DNA of 57,273 nt from an uncultured virus (IMG/VR IMGVR_UViG_3300025032_000461) (lineage: Duplodnaviria > Heunggongvirae > Uroviricota > Caudoviricetes): IMG/VR virus record IMGVR_UViG_3300025032_000461, one strand, 5' to 3'. Under the pieces are notes generated by a model. The model had not been told where the DNA came from. It made no database searches and worked only from the letters and a program-made list of their open reading frames with translations. Both the position numbers and the translations under genes were made by a program. Shown here piece after piece: positions 19,341 through 30,337 of the stretch. The number at the start of each line of letters is the position of its first letter. Position 1 is the stretch's first letter.

Positions 19341-21059
19341 ATGACAAGTGATGAAGACATTATTAATCAATACATAGAAGCGCTTGAAGATCAAATAGAA
19401 GATGAAGTCAGTTTTCAAGATTCTATACATGGACTAAGAAGGGAATTTTTTGAAAGTTCTCTCAATAATATATCCAATCTAATTGATGAGTATTCTGACA
19501 GAATTGATTTTATTACTCAGCTTCAAATGGGAGAAGAAATTTGTGACTCAATTATTGATATTGAAAGTGCGGTTGAATCATTAGCTGATAGTTTTGACTA
19601 CAAAGAAAGAATTAATGGAATAGTTCCTAATTTAGATAGATTTTCAGATAATTTCTGTCAAAATATAATTAATTTCTTAGATAAAAAAAATATTGATATT
19701 AAAGAATTTTCTAATAATTTAAGTAATGTTAATAGCAATAAAGATTTTAAAAATACACTTTGCAACATTATTATTGAATTACATGCCAGTGATTTATCTA
19801 GCAATTTTAATCAAAATACATTAAATAACAATCATTTATTCCAGTTTTATAAAAAACTTATGTCAACTGAAATACAAACTGACTTCACTAATTATAGTAT
19901 TAATCCACGTAATTTTTCTTGCCAAAATCTTATTAATCCAAATTACAATTATTCCAATAAGTATCAAGAAAGCATAGAAGTATATAGAAAATATTTACAT
20001 TTATATAAAAACTATAACAAGCTCGATCCAAAAGATCCAGAATATTTTGATTTATTCTCTCAAAACAACCTTGAAGATATTGAAGATTTCTTCTCAAAAG
20101 CTATCCATAAAAGTCAAACAAAACTTTATGCTAAACGTTTTCTTGGTTCTTACCTGTGGCTACTTAATGAAGATGGAATAGAAAGATTTTCCGCTTTAAA
20201 AGAAAAGAATACTTCCCCAGAACATATCCGTAAAGCATTATGTAACATAGCAATATATGATACTCCTGAAATACTCAATCTAGTTTTAGATCAGGTTATT
20301 AATAGTGACGTTAAGTTATTAACCAAGTTTGATTTAGAACTATATAACTGTGATATCTTATATCAAGATAGTTCATTCTTAGCAGTAAAAATTAATGATT
20401 TTGAAGCTTCTTCTAACTTAGGATCAAGTCGTTGGTGCATCTCAACTAATTTACGACATTTTAATAATTATAGAACTGAAAATGGAGTGCAATGCAAAGA
20501 TAATATTTTTATTTACGATCTAAATAGGGCAGACTCTGACCTATATCAAAAAATAGGCATCACTATTAAAAATAATGGTGAAATCACCAATGCATTTAAT
20601 AATGCGAATCGCGATATCCTTAATTACTTACTTAATAACAAAATAACACCAACAGAAATTCTTAATAATATTATAAATTCCTACACTGATTTATTACTTG
20701 TTGAACAATATAACAAAAATAATAATCCAACAAAAAATGATATCACGCAAGTAATATCAACTATATCAAACCCAGTTAATTTTATATTTACTCACATTGA
20801 AGATTTAAAAAATACACTTGTCGAACCTTTCTTTATTCAATCAGCTATAACCAAGTCTTTAACGTTATCTAGCAATATTGATACTATTCATAAAAGTATA
20901 TCCATATTGAGTTCAATGAATATAAATATTAATAGCAATAATGAACTCATTAATAATATTAATAACCTTAATGGTGTCGATAAAATAATTATAGATAAAA
21001 TAATTAAACCAGAGAGCAATGTCGATATTTTAACTAAAAATATTAAATTAAAAATTTAA
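19341..21059 (+). CDS. 'LGSxxWCIS' domain protein, paralog 1 (PcfJ-like by inference)
   Basis: KLYAKRFLGSY ... FEASSNLGSSRWCIS ... FIYD ... ITNAFNNANRDI shared with 23723 and 41438. Confidence 0.7.
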   Translation: MTSDEDIINQYIEALEDQIEDEVSFQDSIHGLRREFFESSLNNISNLIDEYSDRIDFITQLQMGEEICDSIIDIESAVESLADSFDYKERINGIVPNLDRFSDNFCQNIINFLDKKNIDIKEFSNNLSNVNSNKDFKNTLCNIIIELHASDLSSNFNQNTLNNNHLFQFYKKLMSTEIQTDFTNYSINPRNFSCQNLINPNYNYSNKYQESIEVYRKYLHLYKNYNKLDPKDPEYFDLFSQNNLEDIEDFFSKAIHKSQTKLYAKRFLGSYLWLLNEDGIERFSALKEKNTSPEHIRKALCNIAIYDTPEILNLVLDQVINSDVKLLTKFDLELYNCDILYQDSSFLAVKINDFEASSNLGSSRWCISTNLRHFNNYRTENGVQCKDNIFIYDLNRADSDLYQKIGITIKNNGEITNAFNNANRDILNYLLNNKITPTEILNNIINSYTDLLLVEQYNKNNNPTKNDITQVISTISNPVNFIFTHIEDLKNTLVEPFFIQSAITKSLTLSSNIDTIHKSISILSSMNININSNNELINNINNLNGVDKIIIDKIIKPESNVDILTKNIKLKI

Positions 21060-21063
21060 TACT

Positions 21064-21525
21064 ATGAAAAAAATAATTCAAGTCAACTGGGCAAATTTCA
21101 GTAATGCAGAACGTCCTTACAACTTTAATTCAGAGGATTACTTATTAATTAACATTAATATCTCTGACGTTTTTCATAATATGAGTAAAGAAGATTCATT
21201 ATCTCTTACCGAAAATAATGGAGGAAATAACGCCATTGGAAATAGGCTTAAAAATGCAAAAGAGCACATACTAGGGGGACAACCTATGGATTATCCAGAA
21301 CTTGGATATAGTGAAGCAAATTACAATATAAACTACACTAATGGGCGTCACAGAACCTTAGCCTGCTACCAATTAGGTCTTGAGTACATTCCAGCATTTG
21401 TTTACAAAAAAAATATTGAAGAATTTAAAAAGATTGTAAAAACCAAAGAAATACAAAGCATTCAGCACTTCCTTGAAAATAAAATCAGCACACAAAAAAA
21501 AAGTAAACAACAACAAAAAATATAA
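21064..21525 (+). CDS. ParB/Srx N-terminal-like domain protein
   Basis: P.L....NGRHRT.A...LG...IP motif. Confidence 0.55.
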   Translation: MKKIIQVNWANFSNAERPYNFNSEDYLLININISDVFHNMSKEDSLSLTENNGGNNAIGNRLKNAKEHILGGQPMDYPELGYSEANYNINYTNGRHRTLACYQLGLEYIPAFVYKKNIEEFKKIVKTKEIQSIQHFLENKISTQKKSKQQQKI

Positions 21526-21586
21526 TATTTTTTACAAAAAAAAGTTAAAACTCTTTAAAGTTTTAACCTTTTCTTTAATTATCTTA

Positions 21587-22027
21587 TTACTTCTTCATTT
21601 TTACTTTACTTGATACTTTACTTGCTATTTTGCTTTTCACCTCTATATCATCACTTAAATCACTTAAATTATTTTCAATTGATGTCAGATCTATATCGAA
21701 TGTAAAATTAGCATTTGCTATATTATCGCGCAACTGCGAAGTTAATTCCATTGACTCGTCCGTTCCCTCACATGATTCCATTGAGTTCTCATAATCCAAA
21801 ATTAAATTAGCCAGATCATAAGTAGAACAAGATAAATCTGATAATTCAGCACAGAACAGTATTGATTTTACTTGCAATTCGTTATCACTTAAATCAATTT
21901 CAGCTATTTTATCAGATATTTTATCAAGTTGTTGACTTCTATCTTCTCTATTATTTCTCTCCATAGCTTTACGCATAATACTAATTTCATTCTCTAATTC
22001 TTTTTTTAATTCTAAAAACTTTTCCAT
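21587..22027 (-). CDS. Hypothetical acidic coiled-coil protein with basic tail
   Basis: AAGGA RBS; ends KVSSKVKMKK. Confidence 0.7.
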   Translation of the reverse strand: MEKFLELKKELENEISIMRKAMERNNREDRSQQLDKISDKIAEIDLSDNELQVKSILFCAELSDLSCSTYDLANLILDYENSMESCEGTDESMELTSQLRDNIANANFTFDIDLTSIENNLSDLSDDIEVKSKIASKVSSKVKMKK

Positions 22028-22145
22028 ATTTAGTCCTTTTTTATATTATTAACAAACATATATATATTATAGCACATATACTAATTATATTAGAAGTCTT
22101 TTTTATCGGAACGACAGTAAGAACACTCTTTCCAGATTAGTAATA

Positions 22146-22892
22146 TTAAAAATCATTTATTTTCTCTGAAAGCATTTTTTTCATTAGTTCATTATAAACA
22201 ACAACATTATCTACTTTCAATGTATCTCTCACTCTATTATTTTTAAATAATATCTCAGCAATGTCCACTCTTTGATTTTCAAGCATTGCTATAATCAACC
22301 TATTGTTTTTAATTTCTGGGGCAAGTTTTTTATTATTTAATATTAGTTCCGTCAAAACATCATTTCTTAACAATAAAATATCGATTATTTTATTTATTGC
22401 AATTGTTGGATTAAAATCTTTATGCTTTAATAAAAAAATTAATCCTTGAAGAAATTGATGCCTAAAACATTTATCAAGCCAATTATTTTTAATATTAAAT
22501 ATATCTCTACTGTCTTTGTTTATCAATAGTTCAAAAACATCTTTGTGATAACCTTTTATTGCCGCTTCAATTAAACTATCTCTTATAATATCCGACTCTA
22601 TATCTTGCTCATTCATTAGCATTACTAGCATTTTCGCTTTTCCACTACTCACTGCTGAAAAGAAAACTCTATATTCTTTTGATGAAATAATAAAACGTTT
22701 ATCAGTTAGTAATAATTCTACTATGTTTTCAAAACCCATTAAAACAGCACAATTTAATACTGAATAACCACCATATTGGATCTCACATTTGTCTTTATTT
22801 CTTCTTATATATTCAATATCACCCTTTGAAGCAGCATCATAAAGATCAGATTGAGTTACTTTTCTTTTAAATACATTTCTTATATCAATCAT
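22146..22892 (-). CDS. Ankyrin-repeat protein
   Basis: LYDAASKGDIEYI, LNCAVLMGFENIVELLL, AAIKGYHKDVFELLI; ends KINDF. Confidence 0.8.
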   Translation of the reverse strand: MIDIRNVFKRKVTQSDLYDAASKGDIEYIRRNKDKCEIQYGGYSVLNCAVLMGFENIVELLLTDKRFIISSKEYRVFFSAVSSGKAKMLVMLMNEQDIESDIIRDSLIEAAIKGYHKDVFELLINKDSRDIFNIKNNWLDKCFRHQFLQGLIFLLKHKDFNPTIAINKIIDILLLRNDVLTELILNNKKLAPEIKNNRLIIAMLENQRVDIAEILFKNNRVRDTLKVDNVVVYNELMKKMLSEKINDF

Positions 22893-23017
22893 TAATTTCT
22901 CCTACCATAACAAAACTATAATATTAATTTAAAAAAATGCAAACACTATTTTAATTACCTTTTTCTAAAAATATGGTATAATTGTATTATCAAATTTAAA
23001 TAAAAAAGGATTGTTCT

Positions 23018-23653
23018 ATGTATAGTTTTTTGACAAGTTGCGTTAACGTTTCTAATGGCGATGACATCAATGATATGAGCAGTATAGCAGTAGATATTCC
23101 AGCCGAAGAGTTTTTAAAATTAGCAGAAGATTTTGGCTTTAAAGACTCCTTGCTTGAGGATCTAGGATATAACTCTTGGGCTAATGATGCAGATAAATCT
23201 GCTGAAGATTTATTTTGCAATGATTTTGGAATAAACACTTGCGAAAGTAGGTTTCAGGGAATATCCACTCTTTATGTGCGACACTCAGGCATAGAGCATA
23301 TTTATATTCCCAATACCGAATTTAAAAAATATCTTCATGAAGAAGAAGATTCTGTCGCCAGAAAAGATATTATTGAATCATTGTGTGAAAATTATGAGGA
23401 CTTATTTTTTTACGGTCTAAAAAACGACAATGTTATTCAAGATCTTGATAATTTTATCAGTAAAAATGAAAGCATATTAATTCAGCATAATATCCCATTA
23501 ACAACAATGGCTACTGAGTTCTCCAATTATAATTCTTCTTTTCTTGATCTTCTTAGAGATAAAGAAGAAGAATACTTACCTGCCAGAGTTTACAAGGAAG
23601 AAGCTACATTAGAAGATGTTGAATTAACACAGCACTCTAAACTTAAAATTTAA
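23018..23653 (+). CDS. Hypothetical acidic protein
   Basis: AAGGA RBS; TSCV...YVRHSGIEHIY motif; ends HSKLKI. Confidence 0.7.
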   Translation: MYSFLTSCVNVSNGDDINDMSSIAVDIPAEEFLKLAEDFGFKDSLLEDLGYNSWANDADKSAEDLFCNDFGINTCESRFQGISTLYVRHSGIEHIYIPNTEFKKYLHEEEDSVARKDIIESLCENYEDLFFYGLKNDNVIQDLDNFISKNESILIQHNIPLTTMATEFSNYNSSFLDLLRDKEEEYLPARVYKEEATLEDVELTQHSKLKI

Positions 23654-23722
23654 AATAAATAATTTAATATTATTTATTATGATATAATTTAATTATTAAT
23701 ACAATAAAAGAGATAAAAAAAT

Positions 23723-26281
23723 ATGGATAAACAATTTTTTTCAAATGGATACTGCTTAGAGTTTGCTTATGCATTACAAAAACAAGACCCACAATTAGAG
23801 ATCGGCCTTATTGGAGCCAACTTTTACGATGATGTCTTTGAAGAAGAAGTTTTTGAAGCTTCTCATGCTGTCATTATTGATCCAAAAGATAATAACTACT
23901 GCTATGATTGTCTTGGAAGAAGAAAAGTTTCTGATATAAATTGTTTATTTAATAATAATATTACTACTGAACCTTTTATGCAGCCATCAGAAAACATTAC
24001 GGAGGCTGAATCTTTCTTAGGTGAAATGGAGCCAGAAGCATTATTGAATGCAGAACTTTATATTCGAATGAATTCTGAATTATTTACTTCTCTTTATGCC
24101 AAGAAAGATCCTTTATTACAATATTTAGACAATAATATTAGCAGTAGTTATCAAGGTTTTAAAAAAGTATTAATTCAGTGTATTGATAATAATAAAAATC
24201 AAAGTAAACAACAAACAATTATTCAACTACAAGAAAGTATTGATTTATTTTTGCGTTATAAAAATAATTTTAAAAATCACATAAAAAGAGTCAGCAAGCA
24301 AAAAGAAACTGGAGAAAAGATTTTCGATCCTTATTATGTCAATATTAATGATTGCAAAACATTTGAAGATATTCTTGATTGCGCACAAAAAATAAAATCA
24401 TACGATGATACAATAAAATATGCAAAGAGTTTTTTACGAAGCTATAAAGATCTTGCTTTTCATCAAGAAGATAGTGTATTGGGTGGCACATTTAATATCA
24501 TTAACCCAAAAACTTTATCACTATTTAATGTTTTGCGAAATAAAGAGTTGCCAAGAGAAGAAATATCTCAAAAATTAAGAAAAGTAGCTTCTTTTAATGA
24601 CACAGAAGAATTAAATACTGTTCTTCAGCAAATTATCAACCAATATTCTGATACTTATGAAAATAAATTAAGCGCACTAACTCAAAGTCAAAATGTTGAA
24701 ATATTATTTTCAAAAGATAATGTTATTTGCGCTAAAATATTAAACTTCGCTGCTTCAACTCAATTTGGCTCACCAGAGTGGTGCATATCAACACATGCGG
24801 ATTACTATGACAGTTACCTACTTAATGTAACTAATGACACCATTCCTTCACTATCTTTTACTAGTGATGAAACAACTGAGTCCATTATGGAGGGATCTCA
24901 TTTCTTCTATTGGGATTTTAATTTATCTGAAGAAAAACAATTAAGTCAATTTGCTTTCACCTTGTCTTCTGCTGGTCATATTGTTGCTGCTCATGATAAG
25001 AGTGATAACGATATTCTTCCTAATATTAAAGATATTTTAGGTGACAATCTTAATACAGTCATCCTTAAAGGGATCACTTACAATGAAAAATATATTAATC
25101 AATATTTAGAATCAATTTCAGGATCTGAATCAGATATATTTGATTATGGTGATCTACTTATTAATACTTGTAAACATCCACTCAATATGTTTACAAAAAT
25201 TATTAAAACCTTAGATTTAGAGACATTTGATTTCCACAATGAGTTAATTGTGGAGTCAGCACTATTAACTTATTCATTGCAACAATTTTCTAATAACAAT
25301 GATAATGAAATAAGTGCTGCTCAAATGATTGAAGATTGTTTATTTTTTAATGACTTTATGGAAAAATACTTTACAAATTTAGATTATCAAGGAGATGAGT
25401 ACAGGGAAGATGAGGATGAATATGAGGATGAATACGAAGAAGAAGTTCAAACACCCTATCAAACTGATTATACTAGTGGAGATGTATTCTTAAATAAAAC
25501 ATTTTCCACACTTCTAAAATCTATAACCAATGAAGAAAAAAATGATATTACTAATAAATACAAAGAATCTCTTTTAGCATTACATCACACTGAGATACTT
25601 TTTAAAAATTATCATAGCACTGGAATTAATAGTCTTGAAGGTTCCTATTATGACATAAAAGGGCTATCACCTATTTTCTCAGAAATCTCAGAAAACTTAC
25701 TTTTAAATAGTGATTTAGCAGGAAATAAAACACATCTTCTTATTACCTCCCATGTACTACATGCAGAACATAAAAACCCTGAAATTGAGAAATTATTTAT
25801 TGAAATGATCGAACAAAAAAATATATATGCAAATAAAGTACTTTTCAATATCAATGAATATAGTGAAGAATTACGTTCAAACATTATTAATCTTATTAAT
25901 AATTCACCAGATATTATATCAGAAATTTGCATTAATACATTAAATGTTTTAAGTAGAAATGATAGAATTTTATCTTCTTTATCAAAAGAAACTTGCAAAA
26001 GAATGAATCAACATATTCACTCTAATCCAAACATTGATTTAGCTCACAATTCTATTCAGCAACCACAAGACGGAGAATATAATCTTATAAATAGATTAAA
26101 GAAATTGTTTGATTGCGGAATTATTGATCATGAGATCGTTGAAAAAAGAATATCAGATTCAAAAATTTTTTTTGGCAACAAAGAATTCAAAGCTAACAAT
26201 AATAGCGAGTTATACAATTTAAAGGATTATATTTGCCAAAGTAAGTCAGAAAAAACTAATTTTAGATGTAAAAATAATTAA
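23723..26281 (+). CDS. Multidomain protein: N-terminal papain/transglutaminase-like domain plus 'LGSxxWCIS' domain, paralog 2
   Basis: N-terminal GYCLEFAYAL...HAVI...YDCLG (putative C-H-D triad); central KYAKSFLRSY...FGSPEWCIS; acidic DE tract. Confidence 0.65.
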   Translation: MDKQFFSNGYCLEFAYALQKQDPQLEIGLIGANFYDDVFEEEVFEASHAVIIDPKDNNYCYDCLGRRKVSDINCLFNNNITTEPFMQPSENITEAESFLGEMEPEALLNAELYIRMNSELFTSLYAKKDPLLQYLDNNISSSYQGFKKVLIQCIDNNKNQSKQQTIIQLQESIDLFLRYKNNFKNHIKRVSKQKETGEKIFDPYYVNINDCKTFEDILDCAQKIKSYDDTIKYAKSFLRSYKDLAFHQEDSVLGGTFNIINPKTLSLFNVLRNKELPREEISQKLRKVASFNDTEELNTVLQQIINQYSDTYENKLSALTQSQNVEILFSKDNVICAKILNFAASTQFGSPEWCISTHADYYDSYLLNVTNDTIPSLSFTSDETTESIMEGSHFFYWDFNLSEEKQLSQFAFTLSSAGHIVAAHDKSDNDILPNIKDILGDNLNTVILKGITYNEKYINQYLESISGSESDIFDYGDLLINTCKHPLNMFTKIIKTLDLETFDFHNELIVESALLTYSLQQFSNNNDNEISAAQMIEDCLFFNDFMEKYFTNLDYQGDEYREDEDEYEDEYEEEVQTPYQTDYTSGDVFLNKTFSTLLKSITNEEKNDITNKYKESLLALHHTEILFKNYHSTGINSLEGSYYDIKGLSPIFSEISENLLLNSDLAGNKTHLLITSHVLHAEHKNPEIEKLFIEMIEQKNIYANKVLFNINEYSEELRSNIINLINNSPDIISEICINTLNVLSRNDRILSSLSKETCKRMNQHIHSNPNIDLAHNSIQQPQDGEYNLINRLKKLFDCGIIDHEIVEKRISDSKIFFGNKEFKANNNSELYNLKDYICQSKSEKTNFRCKNN

Positions 26282-26359
26282 CTCAATATTGCTTGATAAT
26301 CTTATATTATTATATATACTATTAAATAGTATATATATAATATGCTAAAAGGAAAAATC

Positions 26360-26896
26360 ATGAATAAAACAAATTTAATTATAACAATACTGCTTATGTC
26401 AACAATCACACCTTCTTATGCTAGTTTTTTAGCAACTATTGATGCAGCTAATACAAAAGGAAGTATTATTGTTGAAAAAATAAATCCTTACAATGAGCAA
26501 GGTTATGACAAGGACGGTTATGATAGAAATGGATTCAATCAAGAAGGATTTCATAAAAATACTGGTACCAAATATGATGAATTAGGCTACAATATCAATG
26601 GTTTTAATACTGGTGGCATAAATAAAGACACCAATAGCCTTTACGATAGTGAAGGTTGGGATATTAATGGGTACTCTCCAAAAGTTTGCGACTTTATTAA
26701 TAATGTTACTTCATATACATATACTGTTGGAGACTCTGATAAAATTATGCGATATGAAGGCAAAGTAGTCTCAAGTGGTTCCTCTGTCGTTTATAATAAT
26801 AAATATATTACTGTTGGCATAAAGCAAAATACTTGCGGTCAAGTTTGGTCATACTGCAAATATTCAGTATGCGCACAAAATATAAAACCAACTTAA
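26360..26896 (+). CDS. Secreted protein with YDxxGY/F repeats and Cys-containing C-terminal domain
   Basis: Signal peptide (TPSYA), repeats YDKDGYDRNGFNQEGF and YDELGYNINGF. Start placed at ATG 26360 after AAGGA. Confidence 0.75.
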   Translation: MNKTNLIITILLMSTITPSYASFLATIDAANTKGSIIVEKINPYNEQGYDKDGYDRNGFNQEGFHKNTGTKYDELGYNINGFNTGGINKDTNSLYDSEGWDINGYSPKVCDFINNVTSYTYTVGDSDKIMRYEGKVVSSGSSVVYNNKYITVGIKQNTCGQVWSYCKYSVCAQNIKPT

Positions 26897-26962
26897 ATAT
26901 ACTTATTGACTTATTTTAACCAATATGTTATTTTGTTATTATATTTAATATAGGAGAAAAAC

Positions 26963-27014
26963 ATGTTTTATTATTGTCTTGGAAGGGATTAAGTAACCTA
27001 ATAGGAGCTTAATC
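26963..27014 (+). promoter_or_regulatory. Putative leader peptide (MFYYCLGRD*) overlapping an RBS-sequestering hairpin
   Basis: AGGAG RBS plus a 9-codon uORF at 26963-26992. GATTAAG (26987-93) pairs with CTTAATC (27008-14) and CCT/AGG, enclosing the AGGAG RBS of the 27015 gene. Confidence 0.55.
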
Positions 27015-27338
27015 ATGAAAAACAAAAGAAATAAATCACAATATAACTTACCTTTTAGTTGTGCTGAAAGTGATACTCAGTATAAAATGTATCCAAATGT
27101 AAAGAGTAGTTGCCACAAAGCATTCTCTTTAAAACAAGAGCGTTCTTTTTTTTTAATGCACTCTATTGAGTATAGAGAGTACAATTTAAAACTTAGACAA
27201 AAAAGAAGTGCAAATAACCTACCCGATCCTTGGGATGATTACCCTTCTTATGTTTATAAAAATGCTAAATCTTGGAAACAAGGAACAAAAAGAAGTAATC
27301 AATATTACAAAGAAAAGGGATTTTATGTAGCAAAATAA
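27015..27338 (+). CDS. Small basic protein (R.KR...LPDPWDD...KSWK..TKR..QY motif)
   Basis: AGGAG RBS; the motif resembles a widespread phage/bacterial hypothetical family. Confidence 0.75.
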   Translation: MKNKRNKSQYNLPFSCAESDTQYKMYPNVKSSCHKAFSLKQERSFFLMHSIEYREYNLKLRQKRSANNLPDPWDDYPSYVYKNAKSWKQGTKRSNQYYKEKGFYVAK

Positions 27339-27444
27339 ACAAAATTATATACTTGGTTGCAGAAAGTGCAAGCATTAGAGTATATTTATATTATATTTTA
27401 AGAAATTTTTAAAAAAAAGATGCATAAAATATTGTATCTTTTTT

Positions 27445-27640
27445 AATTCCTGAATTTAGCACTAACATTAATACTGTTATTTGGGGTAGGATTTTTTTTC
27501 ATTTTGAATGCCTTGTTTTTATAATTAAAATTACTGATATAATACTATCTTATCACTCTATTTTTACTTCTCAACTCTCATTACTTATTAATTATAAAAG
27601 GCAAAACCGACATGTTCTACCTTTTATTTAATTAATATTA
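27445..27640 (-). pseudogene. Remnant sixth RCC1-array unit (terminator, promoter and truncated signal peptide)
   Basis: 27445-27640 is near-identical to 28803-29000. ATG at 27502 is followed by an A8 run (frameshift), and homology stops after ...VLNSGI. Confidence 0.8.
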
Positions 27641-27644
27641 TTTT

Positions 27645-28859
27645 TTATTCTACCAATGTCGCGGGATCTAATGCAGTAAATTCACTTCGGTCAGTTGTAT
27701 CACCCAATCCTAATTGACCACCACCATTATACCCCATTGAATAAAGTTGATTATCCTTAATTGCATAATTACAATGACCTCCTAAAAAAATATTTGTTAC
27801 ACCACTCATTCCCTCAACAATACCCCAATTATATTGGTCAACCCCATTTCCCCTACCTAATTGCCCGTAAGTGTTCCAACCAACTGAGTAAAGTTGCCCC
27901 TCTTTTATCGCATAAGCATGTTGAGCACCAGTCCCAAAATCAGTTACACCACTCATCCCCTCAACAATCCCCAAATTATATTGGTTAATCCCTTCCCCCC
28001 GACCTAATTGACCATAATTGTTACGACCTACTGAATAAAGCTGACTACCTTTTATTGCATACCCATGAGCAGAACCAGCATAAATAGCATTCACCACTCC
28101 AATTCCATCAACAGCACCAAAAATATTCTGGTCAATTATTCCTTCCCTACCCAATTGACCAAAATCATTTCTACCTGCAGAATAAAGGCTGTTATCTTTA
28201 ATTATGTAAACATGACCATTTCCTGCCGCAACAGCAGTCACACCACTCATTCCTTCAACAACACCAATTGTATATTGATCAGTATTTCCTTCCCTACCTA
28301 ATTGACCATAATTATTCATTCCAACTGAATAAAGTTGACCTCCTTTTATTGCGTAACCACTAAAGTTACCAGCAGCAATCACTGCTACGCCACTCATTCC
28401 TTCAACAACACCCCAAGTAGATTGGTCGGTGGTTCCTGCTCTACCTAGTTGTCCATTACTGTTACGTCCCACCGAATACAGTTGATTATCTTTTATTGCA
28501 TAGCCTTGACTATTTCCTGCCGCAATAGCGGTTACACCACTCATTCCCTCAACGATCCCCCAAATATTCTGTTGAGCAGTCCCTTCTCTACCTAATTGAC
28601 CATAAACGTTATATCCCACTGAATAAAGATTGTTGTTTTTTATGGCATAGCAATGAAAAACACCACACTCAATTTTCGAAAATCCAAAATTATTGGTGTT
28701 TTCTGGTAATACTGGATCAACCAATTCTTCGTCACTTACTAATACCGAGCTTACTATTGAATTATTATCTATTTTTGATATATAAGTGCTTTCAGCATTT
28801 ACAATTCCTGAATTTAACACTAACATTAATGCTATTATTTGTGGGAGGATTTTTCTCAT
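27645..28859 (-). CDS. Secreted RCC1/BLIP-II-like beta-propeller protein, copy 1 (7 repeats)
   Basis: Signal peptide; seven ~50-aa repeats AG..H.YAIK...LYSVG.N..GQLGR. Confidence 0.9.
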   Translation of the reverse strand: MRKILPQIIALMLVLNSGIVNAESTYISKIDNNSIVSSVLVSDEELVDPVLPENTNNFGFSKIECGVFHCYAIKNNNLYSVGYNVYGQLGREGTAQQNIWGIVEGMSGVTAIAAGNSQGYAIKDNQLYSVGRNSNGQLGRAGTTDQSTWGVVEGMSGVAVIAAGNFSGYAIKGGQLYSVGMNNYGQLGREGNTDQYTIGVVEGMSGVTAVAAGNGHVYIIKDNSLYSAGRNDFGQLGREGIIDQNIFGAVDGIGVVNAIYAGSAHGYAIKGSQLYSVGRNNYGQLGRGEGINQYNLGIVEGMSGVTDFGTGAQHAYAIKEGQLYSVGWNTYGQLGRGNGVDQYNWGIVEGMSGVTNIFLGGHCNYAIKDNQLYSMGYNGGGQLGLGDTTDRSEFTALDPATLVE

Positions 28860-29003
28860 TTGGAGCGCCTTATTTTTATAATTAAAATTACTTATACAAT
28901 ACTATCTTATCACGCTATTTTTACTTTTCAACTCTCATTATTTATTAATGAAAAAGGCAAAACCGCTATGTTTTACCTTTTATTTAATTAATATTATTTT
29001 TTA

Positions 29004-30197
29004 TTATTCTACCAATGTAGCTGGATCTAATGCAGTAAATTCACCTCTATCAGCAGTGTCACCTAGTCCTAATTGACCATAACCATTATAACCCACTGAA
29101 TAAATATTACCTTCTTTTACAGTATAGATATAATCAAAACCAGCAACAATATTCGTTAAACCACTCATTCCCTCTACAATATCCCAAGTGGATTGATTAG
29201 TTTTTCCAGACCTACCTAACTGCCCTTTATTATTTGCACCTACTGAATAAAGTTCATTATCCTTAATCGCATAAGCAGAAAGATAACCTGCATTGAGTGC
29301 TGTCACGTTACTCATTCCTTCCACAATTCCCCACGTAGACTTACTTGATGTTCCCGACCTACCTAATTGACCACTATTATTATATCCCACTGAATAAAGT
29401 GCATTATCCTTAATTGCATAAGCACTATGCGCTCCTGCAAAAATTTTAGTCACATTATTCATCCCTTCGACAACACTCCAAGTAGACTGACTATTTGTAC
29501 CGCCTGTACCTAATTGTCCGTGAGAGTTAAGTCCTACCGAATAAAGTTGACCTCCCTTTATAGCATAACCATAATAATATCCAGCACTAATATCAGTGAC
29601 ACCACTCATCCCTTCAACAATACCCCAAGTAGGCTGATTATTCGTTTCGGCTGCCCTACCTAATTGACCAAAATAATTCTCACCAACTGAATAAAGTTCA
29701 CCGTCCTTAATTGCATATCCATGATAACCACCAGCAGCAAGCTTAGTAACGCCACTCATTCCAACATCCACTTCCCAAGTATATTTAATTACAAGTCTCG
29801 TATTCCCTACTGAATAAACAACCCCTCCTTTAATCGCATAACCATGTTGACTACCAGCAACCACATCAGTTACACCACTCATTCCTTCAACAATCCCCCA
29901 AGTTGACTGATTAATCTTTCCCTCTCTACCTAGTTGTCCATATTGATTACTACCAACTGAATAAATACTTCCATTTTTTATTGCATAACAGTGATAATGC
30001 CCACATGTTATTTTCGAAAAACCAAAATTATTGGTGTTTTCTGGTAATACTGGATCAACCAATTCTTCGTCACTTACTAATACCGAGCTTACTATTGAAT
30101 TATTATCTATTTTTGATATATAAGTGCTTTCAGCATTTACAATTCCTGAATTTAGCACTAATATTAATGCTATTATTTGGGGGAGGATTTTCTTCAT
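29004..30197 (-). CDS. Secreted RCC1-like beta-propeller protein, copy 2 (7 repeats, one shortened)
   Basis: Same architecture; repeat 2 lacks the GQLG loop. Confidence 0.9.
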   Translation of the reverse strand: MKKILPQIIALILVLNSGIVNAESTYISKIDNNSIVSSVLVSDEELVDPVLPENTNNFGFSKITCGHYHCYAIKNGSIYSVGSNQYGQLGREGKINQSTWGIVEGMSGVTDVVAGSQHGYAIKGGVVYSVGNTRLVIKYTWEVDVGMSGVTKLAAGGYHGYAIKDGELYSVGENYFGQLGRAAETNNQPTWGIVEGMSGVTDISAGYYYGYAIKGGQLYSVGLNSHGQLGTGGTNSQSTWSVVEGMNNVTKIFAGAHSAYAIKDNALYSVGYNNSGQLGRSGTSSKSTWGIVEGMSNVTALNAGYLSAYAIKDNELYSVGANNKGQLGRSGKTNQSTWDIVEGMSGLTNIVAGFDYIYTVKEGNIYSVGYNGYGQLGLGDTADRGEFTALDPATLVE

Positions 30198-30337
30198 TTG
30201 GAGCGCCTTTTGTGATTAAAATTATTAGTATAATAATATAATATCACTCTATTTTTATTTTTCAACTCACATTATTTATTAATAATAAGAGTAAAACAAT
30301 TATGTTTTACGCTTATTTAATTAAACTTTTTTTATTA

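Noticed and set aside
25390..25446. Acidic DE repeat in 23723 as a DNA-mimic domain
   Set aside because: It is short and low-complexity, more simply explained as a linker with a small duplication.
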